A stretch of 64,000 nucleotides of DNA from an uncultured bacterium (GCA_964607485.1 CAZSKP010000009.1:79895-143894), one strand, 5' to 3'. Positions 29,594 to 39,075 are shown, counted from the stretch's first letter. Program-made: numbers and translations. Notes: a model not told the origin generated them from the sequence alone.

Positions 29594-30675
29594 CGGAGGT
29601 CGAAAATGAGTTGGTTGCGGAGCAGCTTGAGGCCTTCTTTGAGCTTTTCGGCCCTGACGTCGCCCATCCCCTCGACCGCGATCAGCTTATCCCGAGGGGC
29701 CTGCACTATGGCGCGAAGGTTGCTGAACGTGTTCACCAGATTCTCTATGACCGGGCGGGGAAGCCGGTGAGTTTTCGCAAGAATACGATACCCCCGCGGG
29801 ATGAGATAATCGTCCACGGCGCTGATGTTGAGGCCGTAACCGAGCGCATTGGAGATGTTGCCGAGATTCAGAAGCTCCATCGAGGAGAATTTACTGAGCC
29901 GGCTGAGCACTTCCTTCTCGCCGTGAATTTCCTTGTCGCGATAGTAGTCGCGGATGACCATCAACCCCTCGTTGACGCTCTCTTCGAGCTCCCGCAGCTG
30001 CATTTCCAGCAGTCGTCCTTCGATGCCGAGCTCGACGATGTAATACTCTATTTCCTTAACGATTCTCAGCACCTTCTCCATGTGCTGCACGGTGCGGGCA
30101 ACATCGTAAATGGTGACCAGGTCTTCGAGTTCGCGCACGCTGAGTTCGACGAGCAGACGGTCGAGTGTCGTCTTGTATTTCTCCAACGTCTGGAGCGCCT
30201 GGCTCGCTTTGTTGAGGAGCGTGGCTATGTTGTCCATCACGTGTTTTATCTCGCCCACATAGACGGTGACGGTGGACCGCCGCTGTGAGATGGCTATGGC
30301 GATCTCTCCCGTCTGATTGGCGAGCCTCTGCGCCGCGCGGTGGCGGGTGCCCGTCTCCTCCGAATAGATTGTCTCATCGGGCACGAGGAACGTGTTCGCC
30401 GATATTATCCGTGTAACGTCCTTATCGACGAATATGGCGCCGTCCATCTTGGCCAATTCATACAGCAGCGTCGGTTGAAACGGACAGTTGATCTTGACGC
30501 CGCCCTCGGCCAGGGCCCTCACCTTCGGGTTGCTGCTGATGACAATCAGCCCGCCCGTGCCCCCCTGGATTATGTACGACAACCCTTCGCGCAACGGCGT
30601 GCCGGGAGCTATCTTGCGGAGCGCGTCGAGAAATTTCTTGTCTTCGTACAGACTCGTTTTGTCAACGGGAGCCAT
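29590..30675 (-). CDS. disA: DNA integrity scanning diadenylate cyclase
   Basis: APGTPLREG, YELAKMDGAI, ETGTRHR, ANQ/KASQALQTLEKY, PRGYRIL, C-terminal HhH VEGMG. Confidence 0.96.
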   Translation of the reverse strand: MAPVDKTSLYEDKKFLDALRKIAPGTPLREGLSYIIQGGTGGLIVISSNPKVRALAEGGVKINCPFQPTLLYELAKMDGAIFVDKDVTRIISANTFLVPDETIYSEETGTRHRAAQRLANQTGEIAIAISQRRSTVTVYVGEIKHVMDNIATLLNKASQALQTLEKYKTTLDRLLVELSVRELEDLVTIYDVARTVQHMEKVLRIVKEIEYYIVELGIEGRLLEMQLRELEESVNEGLMVIRDYYRDKEIHGEKEVLSRLSKFSSMELLNLGNISNALGYGLNISAVDDYLIPRGYRILAKTHRLPRPVIENLVNTFSNLRAIVQAPRDKLIAVEGMGDVRAEKLKEGLKLLRNQLIFDLR

Positions 30676-30716
30676 GTGGTTTCCCTACTCCTGCATAACT
30701 CCGGGATTGAGATTTA

Positions 30717-31967
30717 TTAAAACGACTCCAGAGCGACCATCTCGTCAAGCGTCTGCCGGCGGCGGATAATCCGCGTCTCCGTCCCATCGACCATTACCTC
30801 GGCGATGAGCGGCCGCGAGTTGTAATTCGACGACATGGCCGACCCGTATGCGCCGGCGCTCATCACGGCGATCAGCTCGCCCGACCTGAGTTCAGGAAGC
30901 TCGCGCCCGCGTGCGAAGAAGTCGGTGGACTCGCATATGCCGCCGACAACGTCGGCCACCATTGTTCCCGCCCCGTCTTCATGGCGCTCCTCGACGGGAA
31001 TGATGCGGTGATAGGCTCCATACACGCTCGGCCTGATAAGGTCGTTCATCGCGGCGTCGACGACGACAAAATTCTTTCCTGCCGACGCCTTCACATGCAG
31101 CACTCGCGCGACGAGTATCCCCGCATTGCCGACGATGACCCTGCCGGGCTCGACGATGAGCGTAAGGCCCGAACCCTCTACATGAGGCCGGATGGCGCTC
31201 ACGTATTCCTCGAACGACGGCGGCGTCTCCTCGCTGTACGTGATGCCGATGCCGCCTCCCATATCGACGTACCGAAGCTGCAGGCCTATTCGCTTGAGCT
31301 CCACGACCAGCAGCATCATTCGTTCCAAGCCTTCGACAAAGGGGGACAATTCCACGATCTGCGAGCCAATGTGGTTATGAATCCCCACGACCTCGATATT
31401 CGGCATCGCGCTTGCCTCTTTGTACAGGTCGAGCGCATTTTCGATAGCGATGCCGAACTTGTTTTCCTTCAGGCCGGTGGAGATATAGGGATGCGTGCGC
31501 GGGTCGATGTCGGGATTGACCCTGAGGGCGACGCGCGCCGTGCGCCCTTTTTCCGCAGCGATGCGATTCAGCAGATTGAGCTCGCTCTCGGAGTCGATGT
31601 TGAACATGAGAATATCGTAATCGAGCGCGGCGCGGAGTTCTTCCGCCGTCTTGCCGTTGCCGTTGAAGACTATCTTCTCGGGCGGAATCTCCACCCGAGC
31701 GGCCCGGTGAAGCTCGCCGCCCGATACAATCTCGGCTCCCGAACCCGCATCGGCCATGACTTTACAGATTGCCAGCGACGGATTCGCCTTGATCGCATAG
31801 CATATGATGTGGTCGATGCCGGCGAGAGATTCCTCAAGCCTTTGATAGTGGCGCAACAAGGTGTTCTTGCTGTATAGATAGAAAGGAGTGCCCACCTTTT
31901 CCGTTATCTGCGGAATCGGAACGTCCTCACAGAAGAGAGTTCCATTTTTGTAATTGAACAGATGCAT
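30717..31967 (-). CDS. lysA: Diaminopimelate decarboxylase
   Basis: YAIKAN, SGGEL, THPYISTG, HIGSQ, EPGR, GGICESTD, MSSNYNSRP. Confidence 0.97.
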   Translation of the reverse strand: MHLFNYKNGTLFCEDVPIPQITEKVGTPFYLYSKNTLLRHYQRLEESLAGIDHIICYAIKANPSLAICKVMADAGSGAEIVSGGELHRAARVEIPPEKIVFNGNGKTAEELRAALDYDILMFNIDSESELNLLNRIAAEKGRTARVALRVNPDIDPRTHPYISTGLKENKFGIAIENALDLYKEASAMPNIEVVGIHNHIGSQIVELSPFVEGLERMMLLVVELKRIGLQLRYVDMGGGIGITYSEETPPSFEEYVSAIRPHVEGSGLTLIVEPGRVIVGNAGILVARVLHVKASAGKNFVVVDAAMNDLIRPSVYGAYHRIIPVEERHEDGAGTMVADVVGGICESTDFFARGRELPELRSGELIAVMSAGAYGSAMSSNYNSRPLIAEVMVDGTETRIIRRRQTLDEMVALESF

Positions 31968-32069
31968 CCAGGCGCCTTCGCGTTAACTATTTTGCTATCA
32001 ACAGATTACACTTATCCATTCACAGCGGGAAAACCTTTCCCGCAGTTATCCTAACTCCTTTGGGCATTT

Positions 32070-32099
32070 ATACTAACATAAGTTTGAGGACTGTGTCAA
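32070..32099 (-). promoter_or_regulatory. sigma70-type promoter of the lysA-disA-pyr cluster
   Basis: Minus strand: TTGACA (32099-32094), 18 nt, TAGTAT (32075-32070), with an extended -10 TG. Confidence 0.6.
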
Positions 32100-32289
32100 T
32101 CAGAAATTTGCCGCGCCTCCCCGCACACGCATAGTAGCGGAAAAAAGCGCCAGCTCAAGCCCGAGCGCTATAATATCGGTTGCACCAGTCTCGCTCTCAC
32201 TGGTCGGGACAGGCGAACTTCCTCTGCCCCTGGCTTTAAGAAACGTCTTGTCGGCCTGCACATCGCGGGCCTTCATCCGAATGACCGCG

Positions 32290-32318
32290 TTGACTCGGGC
32301 GTCGGGTTTTGTTAAACT
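32290..32318 (+). promoter_or_regulatory. sigma70-type promoter of the membrane protein/HAD/pseudokinase cluster
   Basis: TTGACT (32290-32295), 17 nt, TAAACT (32313-32318), with an extended -10 TG. Confidence 0.55.
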
Positions 32319-32440
32319 AAGAAGGTTTTTCCGCTCCACCGCTCCATTGACAGGTTGTGAGCAATCTGGATTGAAGAGCCGCGTTCGAGTCACCGGAGGT
32401 ATGGCTAAGCTTTCGGCTCGTCTGTCAAAGTGAACTCTAC

Positions 32441-32986
32441 TTGAGGAAAGCGGTCTTGCTCGACCCCATTCTCCAGAGTGAATTAAGGAAAGCGAACAGA
32501 ACGGTCTTGCTCCTGCATATCTCCCTCCTGGCCGAGCCGTTCATTTACGTGATAGTCGCGCTGGCGCTCAAGCAAGCGGCCGGCTTTGAAGGGATGGAAG
32601 GCTCACAGTCGGTCATTCCGCTGCTCCGCTCGATCTTCCTGTTGGTCTCGGCGCTGGTGGTTCTCAGTGTAATTTTCTTGCGAAGGGTGTTGTTCGCGCC
32701 GGAGAGATTGGTTCCGGCCGGGGCCGACGTGGAGAAGATCGCGATGGGTTACTCCCGCGCACAGACGATCGTTGACGCTCTCGCCACCGTGCCGGCGACA
32801 TTGGGTTTCGTCTTGTTCGTGCTCGGTGATAGCCTGGAATTTCTTGTTGTGCTCTCAGCGGTCAGCATCGCCATGCTCGTCTTTCTTTTCCCTCGGTACG
32901 AGACACTGGAAGGGGTGGCTGTATCGAGAATCCTTCAAGGCGAAACGATACAACCGGCGGGCAGGGGGTTTGGCGGAAATGCCTGA
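32441..32986 (+). CDS. Hypothetical membrane protein (about 4 TM)
   Basis: Four hydrophobic stretches; its stop overlaps the next start. Start codon uncertain (TTG). Confidence 0.7.
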   Translation: MRKAVLLDPILQSELRKANRTVLLLHISLLAEPFIYVIVALALKQAAGFEGMEGSQSVIPLLRSIFLLVSALVVLSVIFLRRVLFAPERLVPAGADVEKIAMGYSRAQTIVDALATVPATLGFVLFVLGDSLEFLVVLSAVSIAMLVFLFPRYETLEGVAVSRILQGETIQPAGRGFGGNA

Positions 32987-33698
32987 CGCGAAATATGAGG
33001 TCGTTTTCATGGACGCCGGATACACGCTTTTCACGGCGAACCCTTCGCCCTCAAAGATGTACCATCAGGTCTGCACGCGTCACGGCGTCGAGCTCACACT
33101 CGAGAAGGTGGTCGCGGCCATGCGCCAAGTCTGGGTCGAACGGGTGATTCCCGAGATGAGCGATTCCAACGCCGACTTCTCCTGCTCCGACGAAGAGGAC
33201 CGCCGATGGTGGTGGAACTATGACAGCGAGGTGTTCAGACGCCTTGGCGTTCCACAGGAGAAGCGCGAGGAGATTTTCGATGAGATATATGAGTCCTTCG
33301 CAGAGCCCTCGGCCTGGGAACTCTATCCCGATACGCTTGAATCGCTCGAAACACTGAAATCAAGCCAGTTCTCGCTGGCGATAGTTTCCAACTGGAATTC
33401 CAGTCTTGAGAGGATTGTAGGCGAACTCAACATATCCGGCTATTTCGATTTCGTGCTGGCATCGGCCGAGGCCGGCTGGAAGAAGCCGTCGCCGAGAATT
33501 TTTCAGCTCGCTCTCAAACGCGCCGGCGTCGAGCCGTCTCGCGTGGTTCACATAGGCGACACGTACCAGACTGATGTATTGGGAGCGAGAAGAGCGGGCA
33601 TCAGGGGAATCATGCTCGACCGGCGCGGGGGCGCTCATCACGACCACGAGGTGATAACCCGCTTGTCGGAATTGTATCCCCTCCTGGCCCGTGAGTAG
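32979..33698 (+). CDS. HAD-IA family hydrolase
   Basis: Motif I DAGYTL, motif II VSNW, KPSPRIF, HIGD...DVLGA. Start is ATG 32979. Confidence 0.9.
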   Translation: MPDAKYEVVFMDAGYTLFTANPSPSKMYHQVCTRHGVELTLEKVVAAMRQVWVERVIPEMSDSNADFSCSDEEDRRWWWNYDSEVFRRLGVPQEKREEIFDEIYESFAEPSAWELYPDTLESLETLKSSQFSLAIVSNWNSSLERIVGELNISGYFDFVLASAEAGWKKPSPRIFQLALKRAGVEPSRVVHIGDTYQTDVLGARRAGIRGIMLDRRGGAHHDHEVITRLSELYPLLARE

Positions 33699-33815
33699 GC
33701 GGGCAGGGGAACCTTGGACCGCAAGGAAGCGGCCGCGCGGGTACGAAACTATGGCCCGTATGTACAGGAATCGCACGGTAACGCTTGGCTGCCGATTCCA
33801 CCGACGGGGAGATAG

Positions 33816-34649
33816 ATGAAGAAACAGATTGAAAACTACGAAATCCTTGGCGTTATCGGAAATCCTCAGGAAAGCAGGGTGTTCCTCGTTCAAGACGTGG
33901 ATACGGCGAGGAAGTTTGCCCTGAAAGCTTTGCCGATGGATTTTTTCAACAACGAAAGAGAATTCAAGGGGTTTGGGCAGCAGGTCGAAAAAATTGCCCA
34001 ATTCAAGTGCGCGAACCTTGTCAGCTATTACAAGCTGATCGGGAAATACACCGAGCCGCTTATCCTCGCCGAGTATGTGGAAGGCATGAACCTGAAGGCA
34101 TACGTGGACGGTGAGGTTCATCCCTTTCTGGAACTGCTCCATGTGGCAATCCAGATTCTGAAGGGAGTCCAATACCTCCACCACTTCAAGCTGCTGCATC
34201 AGAACCTCAAGTCGGCCAACGTGCTCATGGATTCAAACCTCAACGTCAAATTGGCCGACTTCTTCTTCTCGAAACTGTACAACCGGTGGCGCAAAAGACG
34301 CGGCTATCCAAGTATGGAAACCGTCAAATACTTTTCGCCCGAGCAGGTGAAGGATAAAGCGCTTGACGAGCGGAGCGACATCTATTCCGTGGGCGTTCTT
34401 CTGTTTTATTTGTTCACCCGGGTCATGCCTATCAGGGGAACATCCGTGCCCGAGATTATGCAGAAGCACCTGAGGATGGGCATTGTGGAAATTCCCTCCA
34501 CCATCAATCCCGAGGTTCCCCCCGAGATCAGCAAGATAGTGATGCAGATGCTCCAGAAGAAGCCGAGGAAGCGGTTCTCTTCTCTTTCCGAACTCATCCT
34601 TGACCTTACGAGAATGGAGCAACGCCAGCAAAAACACATGGGTATTTAA
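33816..34649 (+). CDS. Hanks-type Ser/Thr kinase fold, predicted pseudokinase
   Basis: ALK, EYVEG, LHQNLKSANVL, VKLADFF, YFSPEQ, SDIYSVGV, KKPRKRF. The catalytic motifs are degenerate. Confidence 0.85.
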   Translation: MKKQIENYEILGVIGNPQESRVFLVQDVDTARKFALKALPMDFFNNEREFKGFGQQVEKIAQFKCANLVSYYKLIGKYTEPLILAEYVEGMNLKAYVDGEVHPFLELLHVAIQILKGVQYLHHFKLLHQNLKSANVLMDSNLNVKLADFFFSKLYNRWRKRRGYPSMETVKYFSPEQVKDKALDERSDIYSVGVLLFYLFTRVMPIRGTSVPEIMQKHLRMGIVEIPSTINPEVPPEISKIVMQMLQKKPRKRFSSLSELILDLTRMEQRQQKHMGI

Positions 34650-34651
34650 GG

Positions 34652-35770
34652 ATGCACCCTTTTCCCCTCGCGATACAGCTCGACTACGTCACCGTTCTCA
34701 GGTATCTGAGGCCGCCCGAGCCCAGCGCCGCGACGCTGTGGTGGATGCTCGCGGCCGTGCTGGGCGCAGGCCTGGTGTTCGCGCTGTTCGAATTCATCTC
34801 GAGACGCATCCGCAGAAACCGGGCAATGAAAAAGAGCCGCGACGACTTCAATCATCTCACGCTTGTCTGCCAGTTGATGCCCGAAGAAATCAAACTGCTC
34901 AGAACGCTCGTGGACGCCTGCACGATCAAATATCCGGACCGCCTCTTCACATCGTTCGAGCTTTTCAACAGGTGCATGGAGGACAGCGGACCCGCGGCAT
35001 CGGGCCTGCTCAGTGAATCCGCAGTGAAAAGCCTTCGGATAATCCGCAACAAGATCTTTTTCGGCGAACGGTCGAAGGCGCCGCCTATCAAGACCACGCA
35101 CGATCTGAAGACAAACCAGTGGCTTCACCTGAAACGAATAGCGAACGGGCAGGTGTTCATGGCGCCCGTGGTCGAGGCGGGCGCGAGCGGTCTATTGGTG
35201 GCAACCCCCCGCATCAAGGGCGAATATCTGAAGATGAAGCCCGGTGAGCGTTTCGACATCTACTTCTGGCGAGACAGGGACGCAAGCTACCACTTCGAGT
35301 CCGAGGTCGTCGGCCAATCGGGCACGCACTACCTGATTACGATCTTCAAGCACGTCGAGGACGTCGAGCGAATCCAGCGGCGCCAGTATCATCGAGTGGA
35401 CGTGTCCGTGCCGGTGCTCGTGACACCCGTGACGAGAAGCGAACTGGAAAAGGTCGATGGGAAAGGGATTGCGGCCGAAACGGAGCACCCCGGCCTGCGC
35501 GCGCACGTGATAAACATGAGCGGGGCCGGCTTCGCGCTTGCATCTCGGGTGGAACTAAAGCCCAACGACTTCGTCTATCTCGAGCTGCCGACCGGCGAAG
35601 ATAATTTCAGAATGCCTCTACTCGGTAAGATATTGAACGTAACCAAAAAAGAGCTGACCGAAGAGTTCTTGTTGCACGCGGAATTTGTCGGCCTGAGCGC
35701 CGACGCGCATGAGAGGATTTTTCGGTTCATCTACTCACACGCAAGGCCCGAGACATTACCCGCCGCCTGA
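34652..35770 (+). CDS. Membrane-anchored YcgR/PilZ-domain protein (c-di-GMP receptor)
   Basis: N-terminal TM, YcgR-like beta domain (YHFESEVVG), RxxxR motif QRRQYHRV, and (D/N)xSxxG motif NMSGAG. Confidence 0.82.
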   Translation: MHPFPLAIQLDYVTVLRYLRPPEPSAATLWWMLAAVLGAGLVFALFEFISRRIRRNRAMKKSRDDFNHLTLVCQLMPEEIKLLRTLVDACTIKYPDRLFTSFELFNRCMEDSGPAASGLLSESAVKSLRIIRNKIFFGERSKAPPIKTTHDLKTNQWLHLKRIANGQVFMAPVVEAGASGLLVATPRIKGEYLKMKPGERFDIYFWRDRDASYHFESEVVGQSGTHYLITIFKHVEDVERIQRRQYHRVDVSVPVLVTPVTRSELEKVDGKGIAAETEHPGLRAHVINMSGAGFALASRVELKPNDFVYLELPTGEDNFRMPLLGKILNVTKKELTEEFLLHAEFVGLSADAHERIFRFIYSHARPETLPAA

Positions 35771-36613
35771 TTCTTCCTCCGAACCTTCCTCTGAATCTTC
35801 TTCCCTCTTCTTGGCTTCGTCCACGGCCTCGCTGACGGCGGAATAGTGGATGTAGCCTCCTCGATGAAGGATCGTGTCGCCCAGCTCGGGGTCCATCTGC
35901 ATGCTCGCGACGCACGGATAGCTGTGCCAGTACTTCGCCGTTAAGTCCTCGTTGATGCTCGGCGTGAGCGGCTTGCCGATGAGGTTCTTCGCGACGTAGT
36001 AGGTGCAGCCGCACGGGGCGCAGCGGTCAACCTGCGTGTTCACTATCTCTCCGTCATGGACGAAGAGCTGCACCTTCGGCTTGCCGATCTTGAATTTCCG
36101 CATGAACTCATTTATCACCGGATGCTCGGCCTTCTCCTCCAGCGAGCAGAACGGCTTGGGGAACGCCACCTCGATTCCGAGCCGCTTGCACGTCTCCGTC
36201 ACGCTGCGCCTGCAGCCGCGGCTGATCCAGTCGGGCGCCTCCGACGGCACGATGAGCGCCTTCGAGCCGGCCTCCTTCGCCAGCTTCGGGATGTCGGTCA
36301 GCAGGTCCTCGTGCACGTTGATGGCCAGCGTGACATCGTGCTCCGGCAGGCTCGGCGGCAGATAGTCGTCCGATTCGTCGGCAAACAGAGGCAACTCGGA
36401 GGGAATCTTCAGCACGCCGACGAGGTTTTCCAGAAAATCGATCCGGAAGCTGTAGCGGCAGTGGTCGCAATCCTCGGCGCACCCGATGCACAGGTTCGGG
36501 TCGTCCACGATATGCTTCACGAACCGGTAGGCGTACGCGTCGTCAAACTGCTTGCAGAACGGCTCCGCCTTTTTCGGAAGCATCTTGTCGGGACAGATGA
36601 TAAATATCTTCAT
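35756..36613 (-). CDS. DUF166-family Cys-rich protein
   Basis: HEDL, PKPFCSL, GKPKV, APCGCTYYVA, HSYPCVASM..D; extra N-terminal CIGC...CDHC. Start is ATG 36613. Confidence 0.7.
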   Translation of the reverse strand: MKIFIICPDKMLPKKAEPFCKQFDDAYAYRFVKHIVDDPNLCIGCAEDCDHCRYSFRIDFLENLVGVLKIPSELPLFADESDDYLPPSLPEHDVTLAINVHEDLLTDIPKLAKEAGSKALIVPSEAPDWISRGCRRSVTETCKRLGIEVAFPKPFCSLEEKAEHPVINEFMRKFKIGKPKVQLFVHDGEIVNTQVDRCAPCGCTYYVAKNLIGKPLTPSINEDLTAKYWHSYPCVASMQMDPELGDTILHRGGYIHYSAVSEAVDEAKKREEDSEEGSEEESGGG

Positions 36614-36650
36614 CGCTTGACTGTTCCCCGAGAAATACGTCTTTGCTCTC

Positions 36651-36678
36651 GTAGGGGCGGTTCGCGAACCGCCCCTAC
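36651..36678. repeat. GTAG-type REP-like perfect palindrome
   Basis: GTAGGGGCGGTTCGCGAACCGCCCCTAC is a 28-bp perfect inverted repeat starting with GTAG. Confidence 0.75.
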
Positions 36679-36915
36679 AGGAATATTCATGCTTGCGGAC
36701 TGTCTTAAGAATTACGGCGGCTGTCTCTTGCCGCGCAGATTCGGGACTGTCCCCTTCGCGCACAATTCCCTTTATATACTGACAAAAACACCCAATTTCT
36801 GCAAGAATGGGTTTTCGGTAACCCCCTTCAAGATGACATACTTAAAGAGGAGGAAGCAGCATTTTGTCTCTGTCTGAGGCGATTTGAAACTCAAATTGAG
36901 GGGCTATGAGGAAGT

Positions 36916-37930
36916 ATGAGGAACGGAGATTTGACAATCGGCATCGCCGGAAGCGGCGGTGACGGCGTGATCGTGGCGGGCGATTTCCTCGTCTGGGCCG
37001 CGGCGAGCGAGGGGCTGTACACCTTCATGCTGAAAAGTTTCGGCTCGCAGATTCGGGGCGGCGAAAGCTCGTGCAAGGTGCGCATCAGCGAGAATCCCGT
37101 GCTCTCGCAGGGAGACAAGCTGGACGTGCTGATCGCCTTCAACTGGGCCGATTACCGCAAATTCGAGTCGGAGCTTGTAATTAAAAGAGGCGCCGTGGTG
37201 CTCTGCGATTCCGCCGACCCGACGCCGCCCGACGACATCCCGCTCCCCCGCTCGGCTGAGCCCGTCATCTACAAGATCCCCTTCCAGGAGATAGCGACGG
37301 CGCAGACGGGAAGAGGCCCGGGGAAGAACATGGTCATGCTGGGAGCGCTCGCGGAGATGTTCGACTTGCCCGCCGACGCCATTCGCGCCGCCCTCCGCTC
37401 CAAGTTCGAGCGCAAGGGACACGGCGTCGTCGAGATGAACCTGCGCGCCTTCGACGGCGGCGGGCATCGAACACGACGAGCGCGGCAACCCGGCCTCCGC
37501 GCCGGAGATGCACGAGAAGATGAACGCGAAGCGCTTCCGCAAACTGGAGACGCTGCGGAGCCGGTGGAAGCTCGTGCGGCGCTACGGCTCGGCCGACGCC
37601 GAAGTCGGGATCATCGGCTGGGGCTCCTCGAAAGGGGCGATAAAGGAGGCAGTGCTGCGGGCCGAGGCCGAGGGGCTAAAGGTCGCCGGGCTGGTGCCGC
37701 AGTTGCTCTATCCGCTGCCATACCGGGAATTCGACGCGTTCCTGAGGCCGCTTCGGAAGGTGGTCATCGTCGAGATGTCCTATTCGGCCCAGTTCCAGAA
37801 GTATCTGCGGGCCAATTACGACCTTCCCGACGACGTTGTTCTGCTGAAACGGAGCGGCGGCAGGCCGTTCAGCGTCGAGGAGATATACGCGAAAATCGGA
37901 CAAGAGGTGAGTTCGGGTGTCTGCTGTTAA
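36916..37930 (+). pseudogene. korA: 2-oxoacid:ferredoxin oxidoreductase alpha subunit with internal deletion and frame change
   Basis: The gamma-like domain (IAGSGGDG...QIRGGES...KNMVMLGAL...NLRAFD) ends near 37455. The sequence then resumes in another frame at AGIEHDERGNP...KRFRKL...GWGSSKG...EMSYSAQ...GGRPF. The central domain is missing. Confidence 0.8.
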
Positions 37931-38768
37931 GGCGAAAGAATTCAAGAAAGACGTCAGGCCGGTGTGGTGCCCCGGCTGCGGCAACTACGGCGTGCTGACG
38001 GGAGTGTATCAGGCGCTGGCCCAGCTCGATGCGCCGCGCGAGAAGATCGTGATGGTCTCGGGCATCGGATGCTCGAGCAGGCTGCCCGGATACGTCAACG
38101 TGTACGGGTTCAACGCCGTCCACGGCAGGGGGCTCCCTATCGCCACGGGCGTCAAGATGGCCAACCGGGACCTGACCGTGATAGCGCTCGGCGGCGACGG
38201 AGACGCGCTCAGCATCGGCGGCGGCCACATCCCCCACGCCGCCAGACGGAACGTGGACATCACCTTCCTGATAATGGACAACAGCATATACGCACTGACC
38301 AAGGGACAGGCGTCGCCGACCACGCCGCTCGACGACATCACCTCATCGACCGCCTACGGCAGCATCGACGAGCCGCTCGATGCGGTCGGCTTGGCGCTCG
38401 CCTACGGCGTCTCGTTTGTCGCACGCGGATACTCGGGCGACGTGAAGCACCTGGCCTCCCTCATCGTCGAAGGGGTGCGGCATCCCGGCTTTGCGCTCAT
38501 CCACATCGTCAGCCCCTGCGTCACCTGGCGAGGGATGAAGGGCTACGAGGAAGTGAAGCGGCGCACGTTCTACCTCGACGGCCGGCACGACCCGACCGAT
38601 AAGGCTCAAGCGGTTGAGGTATCGCTGGAGAAGAGCAGGGTCCCGCTTGGAATCATCTACAGGGAGATAAAGCCCACGTATTGGGACAGGATTCTGGACC
38701 GGCGAAAGTTCGCCAAACGCGCGGGCGTCCCCTCCCTCGAGGACTTGATGCACCACTTCGTTCCGTGA
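37917..38768 (+). CDS. korB: 2-oxoacid:ferredoxin oxidoreductase beta subunit
   Basis: WCPGCG, SGIGCSS, HGR, GGDGD, DNSIYALTKGQASPT, SPCVT. Confidence 0.95.
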   Translation: MSAVKAKEFKKDVRPVWCPGCGNYGVLTGVYQALAQLDAPREKIVMVSGIGCSSRLPGYVNVYGFNAVHGRGLPIATGVKMANRDLTVIALGGDGDALSIGGGHIPHAARRNVDITFLIMDNSIYALTKGQASPTTPLDDITSSTAYGSIDEPLDAVGLALAYGVSFVARGYSGDVKHLASLIVEGVRHPGFALIHIVSPCVTWRGMKGYEEVKRRTFYLDGRHDPTDKAQAVEVSLEKSRVPLGIIYREIKPTYWDRILDRRKFAKRAGVPSLEDLMHHFVP

Positions 38769-39059
38769 CTCGCGAGCCCGGTCAGCCGAGCCGGACGCTC
38801 CGGTGAATAACCATTAGGACAAACATTCTATCACCCTATGGTTTAGCGCATCCGCCCATGTTTTCCTTACGATCCAGGCAGGTCCTCGTGATAATAGTTC
38901 TAAACAAACTCTTGTGTTTGTTGCGGAATGAGAACATTTCCTCAGACCATTGCAGTCTTTTTTGGGTTCGTTACGGACGCGGCGAGAAGTGACATATCCC
39001 CTTTTATATCAATCGATTAAGGAGTCAAGAGCTTCTTCAACCTACCCTTCCCGCTGCCT

Positions 39060-39075
39060 TGGAATGACTCTTGCT
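39060..39075 (+). promoter_or_regulatory. sigma54 (-24/-12) promoter
   Basis: TGGAATGACTCTTGCT has GG-N10-GC spacing and matches TGGCAC-N5-TTGCT; it lies about 65 nt before the PEP-CTERM gene start. Confidence 0.65.

Noticed and set aside
32370-32400. GTTCGAGTC, similar to a tRNA T-loop
   Set aside because: No cloverleaf can be built around it.
36916-37998. 360-aa ORF read as one complete protein or a programmed frameshift
   Set aside because: After about 37460 it is an out-of-frame read of the korA 3' part. No slippery site is present and a whole domain is missing.
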